A stretch of 64,000 nucleotides of DNA from a virus, in IMG/VR virus record IMGVR_UViG_3300045988_183505, positions 1 to 64,000 of that record; one strand, written 5' to 3'. Positions 45,222 to 53,372 of this stretch are shown in pieces. Under the pieces are notes generated by a model. The model saw only the letters and a program-made list of their open reading frames with translations, searched no databases and was not told the origin of the DNA. Every line of letters begins with the position of its first letter. Positions within the stretch are counted from its first letter, which is position 1. A program made the translations under genes and the position numbers.

Positions 45222-45387
45222 TCCCCGACTCATAAAAAAACGTGAATCTGACGCATTTTCGGGACTTAATGTCTGTGAAGGGGTATTTGTCTCTCTTTAT
45301 ATCTTATTACGCCATCAAGCAGCTGAATGGTGTTCGCCTTTGAGCCGTTGCTCGCTTCCTAACGTATTTCCCATTTGCTCACAACGG

Positions 45388-45432
45388 GGACTGCTAGTTT
45401 GCAAGTTGCTATTTCTATCAGCAGTCCTTTTG
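45388..45432 (+). terminator. plus-strand intrinsic terminator (possible 3' end of a small RNA)
   Basis: GGACTGCT-24 nt-AGCAGTCC followed by TTTTGAG. There is no T-tract in the minus orientation. Confidence 0.5.
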
Positions 45433-45741
45433 AGGGACAGAAAAGTGAGAACACCGTGAAGTGAAATAAACTAACGTAAACTGTACAACAAACAGGATTG
45501 CCTCTCCCTATTAGAGTGAAAAAAGCTAATTCTTTTTTCCAGAAATGGGGCTTTATGCAATTTACCCAACTCATCAGCCAACGGCTTTCTCATGCTTTTT
45601 ACTAAATCCATAAGCCGTTGAGACGTTCTGCCGTTCCAATTCCATTCCTGTTTCCAAGTAAGGCAGCTATGCAGTGCCTGTAATTCATCAGACCGTTCCT
45701 GCAATTCAATCAACAATTCTGTATTGCTATGTATTTTATTT

Positions 45742-45790
45742 GCACCAGTTTTTAACTGGTGCATTGCCATAAAGCTTTGCTTTATGGCAA
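45742..45790. other. two adjacent perfect hairpins next to the iterons
   Basis: GCACCAGTT-TTT-AACTGGTGC (45742..45762) and TTGCCATAAAGC-TTT-GCTTTATGGCAA (45764..45790). Confidence 0.6.
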
Positions 45791-45822
45791 ATAAGAGTAA
45801 TACTATAAGCACACTGTATTGA

Positions 45823-45951
45823 ATGGGAATACAGTATTAGCTAATACCATATGGGTAATTCTGTATTAGCTAATAGATTGCTAACTGTACATGGGTAATA
45901 CTATAAGCTAATACTATAAGCATACTGTATATGGGTAATAGATAACTAATA
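45823..45951 (+). repeat. iteron array, four units ATGGG(T)AAT..(C/G)TAATA (candidate oriV)
   Basis: Units start at 45823, 45851, 45891 and 45931 (spacing 28, 40 and 40 bp), for example ATGGGTAATTCTGTATTAGCTAATA. Confidence 0.65.
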
Positions 45952-46203
45952 CTACATAGGTTAAGTATTATAATGGCATTTTTGCCCCAAAGTTTCTTTG
46001 CAAAGTCTGCTATAATTGCAAATCAGTTCTAAGCTATCTACAAGCCGTTTTGAGAGCTTTTTGCTTTTGCCAGCAAGTTTTCTTGCAAGCGTTGTTAGAA
46101 CGCCGCAGAACGAATCCTAATACACTTTCCGCTGGGTTTCCAGCTTAATTCTTCTCACATTCCACTTTCTTCCCGATATGCCTCTTTGCTTTCTAGGCAC
46201 GCT

Positions 46204-46223
46204 TTCTTTTTTGGCGTTACATA
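46204..46223 (+). promoter_or_regulatory. conserved 20-nt leader motif, copy 4 (plus orientation)
   Basis: TTCTTTTTTGGCGTTACATA. The orientation flips together with the direction of transcription. Confidence 0.6.
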
Positions 46224-46383
46224 ACGCAAGTGAAAGGTGATGACAGATTCAGACATTACAGTTTTTGTGATACGGAATACCGACACGAAAGCTTTTCTTC
46301 ACCCAAATGTGAGGTGCAATGTTTGAACAACGCTCCGCAGGCATGAACTGTGCCGGTAAGGAGCAAGACAAGAGAAAGCAGGT

Positions 46384-46716
46384 ATGTGTATGGACTATTT
46401 TGCTCCCGAAATTTACGACAAGAAATTTTTGAAACCGGAAGACCAGAATGTTCTGGAAAAAATGCAGGACATGAGAGACCGTGTTCTGAATGATGATGTA
46501 CTGGAAGATTATCTTTCTGAAACTGTTGATAGTGATATGCCGGTGATGTGCAGTCTTGTCCGTGAGACGTTGAGCAAATTCATCGAATATCTGGTACTGC
46601 AATCAGAATACCGCTTTTGCGATTTCATCATCAGCTGCATCGAAGATTATCCGGAAGCGATGTATCAGGAACTCGTTACTAAGGCAAAAGAAAAGGAAAA
46701 AAGCAATGTACAGTGA
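46384..46716 (+). CDS. hypothetical acidic protein
   Basis: 110-aa ORF and the first gene of the plus arm. Weak RBS. Confidence 0.45.
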   Translation: MCMDYFAPEIYDKKFLKPEDQNVLEKMQDMRDRVLNDDVLEDYLSETVDSDMPVMCSLVRETLSKFIEYLVLQSEYRFCDFIISCIEDYPEAMYQELVTKAKEKEKSNVQ

Positions 46717-46924
46717 CACTCTCCTGATAGTGAGATGGACAAATTTGCACAACGGAGACAGCGGATATGTCAAATCTTTGCACCGCCAAGAGCGATATTT
46801 TGAAAGCACACACGTTGTAGAAGAAGCCAAAGTTTTCAGTGCAAGAGGAATTAAGCAGATGCTTTATCTGCTCCGCTCTTACAATCCAGAAAACGCCTAT
46901 TCTACTGAACCTCTCGGTTATTGA
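46706..46924 (+). CDS. hypothetical small protein
   Basis: 72-aa ORF with AAGGAAAA upstream. Overlaps the previous gene by 11 nt. Confidence 0.4.
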   Translation: MYSDTLLIVRWTNLHNGDSGYVKSLHRQERYFESTHVVEEAKVFSARGIKQMLYLLRSYNPENAYSTEPLGY

Positions 46925-46957
46925 AAAATCATACCGATACAACCAAAAGGAAATTAT

Positions 46958-47416
46958 ATGCAAAAAGAACTCCCGAACGCCATTGAAATCTCCACTAAAG
47001 TGCTGGACGATGCTGTGGCTTTTACAAGCAATTATTTTCAGTATGTGAAAAAGAACAAGCCTCACGTTTATCTCCAGCTGTCGGCACAGGAGCTGTTTGA
47101 TATTAACGCTGAATATCTACCGGACAGCTTCTTTGGTTCTCCGGAGATGCAAGCCTTGAACGATGCAGTTGACGGATTGAACATTGATGAAATCAGTCCA
47201 ATCTTGAATGCGATTTTGCAGGAATGCGGCTTCTATTCGACAGATGATAAGTATCGTGTACCCGTTGATTGCGATGTATGCACTTCTCTGGGTTATATCG
47301 CTCCAGAAAGAAATTACAGTTGGAAGAAAATCGTCCTTTGCGGCACTGCTCTTATCATGGCTGGTGTTACGTCATGTGCGATTGTCGCTATAAAAAGAAA
47401 ATCCAAGAAAGGATAA
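46958..47416 (+). CDS. tail-anchored membrane protein
   Basis: C-terminal TM segment IVLCGTALIMAGVTSCAIVAI followed by KRKSKKG. Confidence 0.5.
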   Translation: MQKELPNAIEISTKVLDDAVAFTSNYFQYVKKNKPHVYLQLSAQELFDINAEYLPDSFFGSPEMQALNDAVDGLNIDEISPILNAILQECGFYSTDDKYRVPVDCDVCTSLGYIAPERNYSWKKIVLCGTALIMAGVTSCAIVAIKRKSKKG

Positions 47417-47422
47417 TACGCT

Positions 47423-49768
47423 ATGGCAAACGACTTGAAAATCACGCCTGACCAGCTGGAAGAACCAATGCTGGACGAAGGCAAAGTGAATGTCAATTTG
47501 ACACTCTATGACAATCAGCTGGAAGAAATGGCAAGTCGTTCTTCTCTGTACCAGCACATCAGTGAAACACAGAATGCAGACGTGTCTTTCGCTGACTTGC
47601 TGGCAGATGACAGCACAACACTTCAAGCTTATACGGATTTTTATCCCGATAAGCCGCCAGAAACAACACTTAGCCTGCAAAGTGATACCTATGGCTGGTG
47701 CGATTTTGTTGTTCCAACGACAGATACTGAAAAGAATCAGCTGAAAGCCGGATTGGAAGATGTAGCAAGCAGGGAACACACAAGTGCCGATGCAATGATG
47801 TATGAAGTCTTCAAGGAAGAATGGATTGCAGACCACATTGATGATGTGACTATGACAGCTACTGAGGCATTATATGAGAACAGCGAAGAATCAATAGGAC
47901 TGACGTTTGAACAGTATGTGCAGGAGTACGGATTTGAAGACGGTTCTGCACCGCCCTCTTTTGCCGAGTTTTTGGAGAACGACTATACGGAAAGACCAGC
48001 AGAGCAGTCACAGCAGATGTCTTCTGCATCTCCGTATATGAGCAACGATTTTATAGAACAGCCGGAAGAAACTGCTCCTGCTGCGGAACAGTCAGATACT
48101 TCATCAACGAACAATGCGTATGAGCAGGAATATATGCTTTTAGACCGTTTGAAGTCTGATTGTGAATATTATCTCAACACAAATGCAACCGAAGAAAACA
48201 ATCATTTGTGGGCTGGCAATCCGGAAGCTCAGATTGAAAAAATGCAGGAGCTTTATGATATGCTCCCTGAAAAACCGGAATGGCTAACACAGGAAGACAT
48301 CAATCAATATGCACAGCAAATGATTCCGGAAAAGGAGGCTGAAATGGCAATTGCTACTGTTCAAGTCAGAAATATGTTGGTAAATGAGGACGGCAATCTC
48401 TTTGCCACGATGGAAGTGAATCGTTCTCGTATGGAAGAGATGCTAAATGATGCCAACTCGCCCTTGCTGAAAGGAAAAGACATTCACGAGCTGGTTTATT
48501 TCAATGATGCAGCCTCTCCTATTTTGGCGGCGGAAATAAATCGTGATGAATCCGTGCAGGTTTCTGCAATCATGAGGGACGGTTACGAGGAAATTGAAGT
48601 ACCCTTGTCTCTTGATGATAATACAATTGCAGAAATCAAAGATGCTGTCAAAGAAAACGTGGAACAGAGCCTTGATGTTTCTGTCCAGCATTTTTTTGAA
48701 ACTGCCGAGCCGAATCATAATTACTCGCAGGAAGAAGTTCACGCTCTTGCCGAAACGGTCGGTAAATTCGTGACAGCATATCAGGAGGAGCAAGAGCCGG
48801 AAAAAGAATTTTCTCTGGAAAAGAATATTCAGCGTATCGAAGAGGGACTTACTTCTCCGGAAATTCTGCCCAGACTTACTGCGGAACTGGACAAGGCGAT
48901 TGATGTTTCGCAACGAACAACCAGTGAAGGCATCTTCCTTCTTCCTGACAGAATCGTGGAGCAGGCGGTAGAAGTTGCACAGCAGATGGAAATGTACACA
49001 AAACCGCTGGGATTTGAAAAAAACGAGATTGTACAGTTTGACGGCGAAGTTATTATGGACACCGAGACTGCCGATGGAGAAACAAAGCCAACCATCAATC
49101 TGGCGTTGTACATGACAGACGATTTTATGGAACAGGCTCTGGATAGAGCTGGCATTTTTGATGTAAACAATCCAGCTTATCAAGCAGACAGCTTTGAAGA
49201 GCTGATGTTCAATGAAGACGGCACATTCAAAACCTATGTAAACGGCTACATTGATATTTCTGAAAACAAAGAAGTAGACTTCCGTCTGTATACCAGTGGC
49301 GATGCTGAAATAAATGTTCCGCTTTCTGATTCTGAAAAACGTGTCGTGCTGGACAAAGCAGAAGCATATATCGAACAGGAAACCGGCATGACATTTGAGC
49401 AGAATATCGAAGACCTGCGGAACAGCTCTAATGACTGGTATGCGGTGAAAATGGATATTGGCGACACAGTAAATGCTTTCTTTGAAAATGGTGGGGCAGA
49501 GCCGACCACTTCAAAAAGTGGCACATTTACAGTAGCAAAAGCTCCGGAAGGGGAAGCTATCCAACTGATTGACAATGACCTGAAAATGTCTATGGCTGAA
49601 ATGACACCGGCAGACAATGGGTACGTTATCCAAAACTCCATTAACGCAGTTATCAAAGAAGGACTGGAAAATGGCTTAAAACGTGCGGACATGGTTGCTT
49701 CTCAGGAAGTCCAAAAAGAGCAGCCTGCACCGGAAAAGAAGCACAAACAGTCTATCGAAAGAGACTAA
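47423..49768 (+). CDS. large acidic protein (781 aa) with internal repeats, ends KKHKQSIERD
   Basis: Rich in D and E. Block YMLLDRLKSDCEYYLN..HLWAGNPEAQIEKMQELYDMLPEKPEWLT. Repeated ..EIEVPLSLDD.. and ..EINVPLSDSE.. modules. Confidence 0.65.
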   Translation: MANDLKITPDQLEEPMLDEGKVNVNLTLYDNQLEEMASRSSLYQHISETQNADVSFADLLADDSTTLQAYTDFYPDKPPETTLSLQSDTYGWCDFVVPTTDTEKNQLKAGLEDVASREHTSADAMMYEVFKEEWIADHIDDVTMTATEALYENSEESIGLTFEQYVQEYGFEDGSAPPSFAEFLENDYTERPAEQSQQMSSASPYMSNDFIEQPEETAPAAEQSDTSSTNNAYEQEYMLLDRLKSDCEYYLNTNATEENNHLWAGNPEAQIEKMQELYDMLPEKPEWLTQEDINQYAQQMIPEKEAEMAIATVQVRNMLVNEDGNLFATMEVNRSRMEEMLNDANSPLLKGKDIHELVYFNDAASPILAAEINRDESVQVSAIMRDGYEEIEVPLSLDDNTIAEIKDAVKENVEQSLDVSVQHFFETAEPNHNYSQEEVHALAETVGKFVTAYQEEQEPEKEFSLEKNIQRIEEGLTSPEILPRLTAELDKAIDVSQRTTSEGIFLLPDRIVEQAVEVAQQMEMYTKPLGFEKNEIVQFDGEVIMDTETADGETKPTINLALYMTDDFMEQALDRAGIFDVNNPAYQADSFEELMFNEDGTFKTYVNGYIDISENKEVDFRLYTSGDAEINVPLSDSEKRVVLDKAEAYIEQETGMTFEQNIEDLRNSSNDWYAVKMDIGDTVNAFFENGGAEPTTSKSGTFTVAKAPEGEAIQLIDNDLKMSMAEMTPADNGYVIQNSINAVIKEGLENGLKRADMVASQEVQKEQPAPEKKHKQSIERD

Positions 49769-49793
49769 ATCAAATACAGAAAGGATAATCAAC

Positions 49794-50114
49794 ATGAGAA
49801 AAAAAGATGCAGTTGCAGAAAAGACGCTGGCGAAAATTCGCAAAGAAGAAGATAAACTGGCTGGTCTTGAACTGAAAAAAGAAGAACTGGAAAATCAAAT
49901 CAAGGAATGCAAGGCTGGTATTGCAGAACTGCGAAAGCAGGAAAAGCGTGAGAAGCTGGAAGCTATCGCTGAACTGAATGATAAAGCTGGCATTTCTTTG
50001 GACGACCTTCTGAAAGCTGCTCAGTCTGGAGACTTTTTCTCTTTGCAGGAAAAGCTGGAGCAGGCAAGCGAACCACACGACACTTCTGTTTCTGCTGACA
50101 CAGATGCAGAATAG
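49794..50114 (+). CDS. coiled-coil small protein (DUF4315-like)
   Basis: The ATG at 49794 follows AAAGGA. Heptad-rich segment KIRKEEDKLAGLELKKEELENQIKECKAGIAELRKQEKREKLEAI. Confidence 0.5.
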   Translation: MRKKDAVAEKTLAKIRKEEDKLAGLELKKEELENQIKECKAGIAELRKQEKREKLEAIAELNDKAGISLDDLLKAAQSGDFFSLQEKLEQASEPHDTSVSADTDAE

Positions 50115-50196
50115 TGGTTATACATAAAACCTTCCTTCTTAGGGCTGTTTGTCTGCGGATAAGCAGCCTTTTTTCAAAACAGAAAGAGGTGATACT

Positions 50197-50733
50197 TTGA
50201 ACGGCAATTGCCACTTTATCTTTGGTGCAAGTGTTGGTGCATCTCTGGCAATGAATATTGATAAGTTGGATTTCTTCTTTCCCCGAATTATGGACACACC
50301 GGAAATGGCAGTCTTGTTTGTTATGGGTGGTCTTCTCGGCGGTATCTTTCCGGATATTGATAACCCTACTAGCTATGTTGGAAAGCTGACAGCACCAGTA
50401 AGCCGATGGCTCGGCAAGGTTTCAGCTACAATGGGGAAGGAAGGCTGGAATCACAGAGGTATTCTTCATGACCCGATTGTCTATTTGATAGGACTGTTTT
50501 TATGCACTTATCAATTTCCACCGCTGATAGGATTCTTTGTCGGCTGTCTCTCTCACTTGTTTTTAGATATGTTCAATCCAGTAGGCATACCATTTCTTTT
50601 TGGCGTAAAACATCTTCGGCTTGCAAAAGTCCCTAGCAGCAGTAAGCAAGCAATCACTTTGACGTGGATTGCTACTGGAGCAGTATTCTTTGCAGGACTG
50701 GCAGGGTGCTTCTATCCTGCTCTTCTATCTTAA
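50197..50733 (+). CDS. YdjM-family membrane-bound metal-dependent hydrolase
   Basis: TTG start after AGAGGTG. H..FG..., GGIFPDIDNPTS, NHRGILHD and LSHLFLDMFN match YdjM/DUF457 motifs. Confidence 0.65.
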   Translation: MNGNCHFIFGASVGASLAMNIDKLDFFFPRIMDTPEMAVLFVMGGLLGGIFPDIDNPTSYVGKLTAPVSRWLGKVSATMGKEGWNHRGILHDPIVYLIGLFLCTYQFPPLIGFFVGCLSHLFLDMFNPVGIPFLFGVKHLRLAKVPSSSKQAITLTWIATGAVFFAGLAGCFYPALLS

Positions 50734-50776
50734 ATCATACGCAAATAAACCCGCATAAACTGAAAGGAAACATAAA

Positions 50777-51757
50777 ATGAAAGCTTCGTTATTTTTGCTG
50801 ATTATCTTCGTCCTTGTTGTTCTTGCTTCAAGGGTTCGTGTTGTGCCACAGGCATACATTGTAGTTGTGGAACGACTGGGAACATTCTATAAGCAGTGGG
50901 GAGCTGGTGTCCATTTTTTGATGCCGGTACTGGATAAGCAGGCAAGAAAAATCTCTATCAAGGAGCAGGTGGTAGACTTTAAGCCACAGGCGGTTATCAC
51001 AAAGGATAATGTTACCATGCAGATTGATACTGTTATCTTCTATCAGGTCATGGACGCTGTAAAGTATGTGTACGGCGTAGAAAAGCCAATGCAAGCGATT
51101 GAGAATCTGACTGCGACAACTCTCCGTAACATCATCGGCGATATGGAACTGGACGCAACGCTGACTTCTCGTGATGTTATCAATACTCGTATCACCGATA
51201 TTCTTGACCACGCAACCGACCGCTGGGGAATCAAAGTTCTGCGAGTAGAATTGAAAAACATTCTGCCGCCAGCAGAGATTCGTGATGCTATGGAAAAACA
51301 GATGAAGGCAGAGCGTGAAAAGCGTGAGAAAATTTTGAAGGCACAGGGCGAACGTGAATATCAGGTCACTGTTGCACAGGGCGAAAAGGAAGCCAAAATT
51401 CTTCGGGCAGAGGCTGATAAGCAAACCGCAATCTTAAAAGCAGAGGCAGACAAGGAAGCTGTGATTCTTCGTGGTGAAGCAATCAAGGAGCAGAAAATGC
51501 GTATCGCTGTTGGTGAAGCTCAGGCTATTCGTGAAGTACAGGCTGCAACTGCGGAAAGCTTGGTGAAGCTGAATAATGCAAATCCGAATCAAGCTGTCCT
51601 GACATTAAAATCGCTGGAAGCCTTTGAAAAGGCTGCGGACGGCAAAGCAACTAAGATTATTATTCCCAGCGAGATTCAGGGCGTGGCTGGTCTTGCTGCC
51701 GGATTGAAAGGCGTACTGGAGCAAAATAGTGCCGAAAGCAATACAGAAGATAAATAA
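50777..51757 (+). CDS. SPFH/band-7 (stomatin/prohibitin-like) membrane protein
   Basis: N-terminal TM segment, then VVERLGTFYKQWGAGVHFLMP..VITKDNVTMQIDTVIFYQV..TLRNIIGDMELDATLTSRD..WGIKVLRVELKNI. Confidence 0.9.
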   Translation: MKASLFLLIIFVLVVLASRVRVVPQAYIVVVERLGTFYKQWGAGVHFLMPVLDKQARKISIKEQVVDFKPQAVITKDNVTMQIDTVIFYQVMDAVKYVYGVEKPMQAIENLTATTLRNIIGDMELDATLTSRDVINTRITDILDHATDRWGIKVLRVELKNILPPAEIRDAMEKQMKAEREKREKILKAQGEREYQVTVAQGEKEAKILRAEADKQTAILKAEADKEAVILRGEAIKEQKMRIAVGEAQAIREVQAATAESLVKLNNANPNQAVLTLKSLEAFEKAADGKATKIIIPSEIQGVAGLAAGLKGVLEQNSAESNTEDK

Positions 51758-51811
51758 TCGTAAGTATATAAGTACAGCAGCTATACAAAACAACAAAATA
51801 ACGATATTGTA

Positions 51812-51840
51812 TTGACAGTGCAGTTTTTTCGTATTATAAT
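51812..51840 (+). promoter_or_regulatory. perfect consensus promoter TTGACA-17 nt-TATAAT
   Basis: TTGACAgtgcagttttttcgtatTATAAT. Confidence 0.8.
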
Positions 51841-51846
51841 AGTAGT

Positions 51847-52097
51847 TGTGGGAAACCACTAAGCTGGTTGCTCTTTTTCCTACGCTCCGGAAACTTTTTC
51901 ACTCATGTTACGTTTCCAGAGCTAGGCTTGAACGCACCGCCGGAAGGTGCTTAATGATAAAAACGGTGTAATCCGATGGACAGTCCGTTATACGTTTGAA
52001 AGTATCCGTTGTCGGGCTGACAATAGGTACACCGAAGTAGCAGGCATTGTCAATATCGGCAGTGCCTGTTTTCTTTTACCTTGAAAGGAAGATTACA
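51847..52097 (+). promoter_or_regulatory. about 250-nt structured 5' leader (candidate riboswitch, attenuator or small RNA) of unknown class
   Basis: GTGG-GAAA-CCAC (51848..51859). Long hairpin 51879..51894 with 51912..51926. GCACC-N7-GGTGC (51934..51950). The terminator comes last. Confidence 0.55.
52039..52077 (+). terminator. intrinsic terminator inside the leader, just before the RBS of the 52098 gene
   Basis: CAGGCA-16 nt-TGCCTG followed by TTTTCTTTT. Confidence 0.6.
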
Positions 52098-53309
52098 ATG
52101 GAAAATTTACAGCAAAGCACCTATGAAAATGCTGGTCGCTTGATGAATCTTTATGATTACATGGCTGCTATCGGTGATGACAACTATGAAAATCTGTACG
52201 ATGATATTACCCAAGATGTCGATGTGAGATACAGAAGTGATGACAGTGATTATCAGGAATGGGTTGACCAGCTGGCAAAAGAGCATGATTTGTTCTCGAA
52301 AGAAAGCATGGAGAAAATCAATGCTCGATTTGAACCTCAGATTTTTGTAGCAGACGATTCTGCCAAAATCGCTCCTGTTGTATATGATAACCAATACGAC
52401 ACCTATCTGACGTTGGACAAATTTGCAGATGAACTTGAAAGCTATGCAGATATGGACATTGAAGGGGAGAATGAGGTTTATCAAGAAGGTTACTTTTCTC
52501 CTTATTACATGGACGAACCGCCAACAAAAAAAGTTTCCTTTTCCGGCACTTTGGAAACAAGTATGCGTGAACTGGTTCAGGACTTTTATCAGTGGCTGGG
52601 TGAAATTGACGATGAAATCGCACAGCATCTGGAGCAGGTGAGTGAAGATAAGAATATCCCAGCAAGTGAGGTTGCTGTCCTTGCAATCAGCCAGTCTGAC
52701 CGATTGATGACAGCAAACGACTATCTCGTTGCATCGTCTCCAGATATTTATTCCATGTATGAAGATATTGCTGATTACGGATTCAATTACGATGTGAATT
52801 TAGATAACAGCCTGCTCCAGAGCAAGATGCCAGAAATCGAAAAAATTATTCAGGAACATGGTGGCGTTTCCAATCGTACACAGGACGAACTGGAAGACCG
52901 CTTTGAACCACAGGTGCTTGTACGAGACGGCGGCGAAGCAATTGTTACTCCGCTGGTGTACGACAATCAGGAAAATAAGTATATTACAGTCAGCAGTGTG
53001 GCTGATACGTTGAAGGAGATGCTGATTCCTGATGTTCATGGTGAAATCACTGCTGAAAATGGTGAATCTATTCCGTTCAATGCACACATGGACGTAGAAA
53101 GCGAATCTAAACGTATCCTTGCAGACAGCTACAAGCAAAATGCAACATACTTGAAGGAGGCACTTGTCGAAGTAAGAGAGGCATACAAAGATGATATGCC
53201 GAAGCTGAAAGCTACTGTTGACCATTTCAAAGAAAAAATGTCCATTCTGTATGATAAGCGGCAATCAGAAGTGCAGCCCAAAAAAGATTCACAGAACATA
53301 GAGCGATAA
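52098..53309 (+). CDS. highly acidic protein with an internal tandem duplication, ends KKDSQNIER
   Basis: The ATG at 52098 follows GAAAGGAAG. Repeats are ARFEPQIFVADDSAKIAPVVYDNQYDTYLT and DRFEPQVLVRDGGEAIVTPLVYDNQENKYIT. Confidence 0.6.
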   Translation: MENLQQSTYENAGRLMNLYDYMAAIGDDNYENLYDDITQDVDVRYRSDDSDYQEWVDQLAKEHDLFSKESMEKINARFEPQIFVADDSAKIAPVVYDNQYDTYLTLDKFADELESYADMDIEGENEVYQEGYFSPYYMDEPPTKKVSFSGTLETSMRELVQDFYQWLGEIDDEIAQHLEQVSEDKNIPASEVAVLAISQSDRLMTANDYLVASSPDIYSMYEDIADYGFNYDVNLDNSLLQSKMPEIEKIIQEHGGVSNRTQDELEDRFEPQVLVRDGGEAIVTPLVYDNQENKYITVSSVADTLKEMLIPDVHGEITAENGESIPFNAHMDVESESKRILADSYKQNATYLKEALVEVREAYKDDMPKLKATVDHFKEKMSILYDKRQSEVQPKKDSQNIER

Positions 53310-53372
53310 TTGTGATAACGGTTACGATGTGATAAAATTAAACAAATACACATTAGAAAGTTGGGATAAATT

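Noticed and set aside
45471-45812. 113-aa minus-strand ORF between the terminator and the iterons (also the 81-aa plus-strand ORF 45214..45459)
   Set aside because: There is no Shine-Dalgarno sequence. The 5' end is built from two perfect DNA hairpins next to the iterons. The coding potential is unconvincing, so it was left unannotated as a CDS, although a small Rep-accessory protein cannot be excluded.
45796-45975. Short repeat array considered as a mini-CRISPR
   Set aside because: The units are 21-25 bp and imperfect, with spacing of 28-40 bp. There are no unique spacers of CRISPR length and no cas genes. The array fits iterons next to a Rep gene.
48443-49692. Minus-strand ORFs inside the 781-aa gene (48443..49183, 48829..49170 and 49246..49692)
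   Set aside because: They are antisense to a long, well-supported plus-strand ORF. They are Ser/Phe/Ile-rich shadow frames.
50115-50200. SOS (Cheo/LexA) box upstream of the YdjM-family gene
   Set aside because: No GAAC-N4-GTTC sequence is present. The region holds only a weak hairpin plus a T-run.
52047-52097. TTG-initiated N-terminal extension (MSISAVPVFFYLERKIT) of the 52098 gene, or a leader peptide
   Set aside because: The extension is encoded by the terminator stem and U-tract and lacks an RBS. The ATG at 52098 has GAAAGGAAG at the proper spacing.
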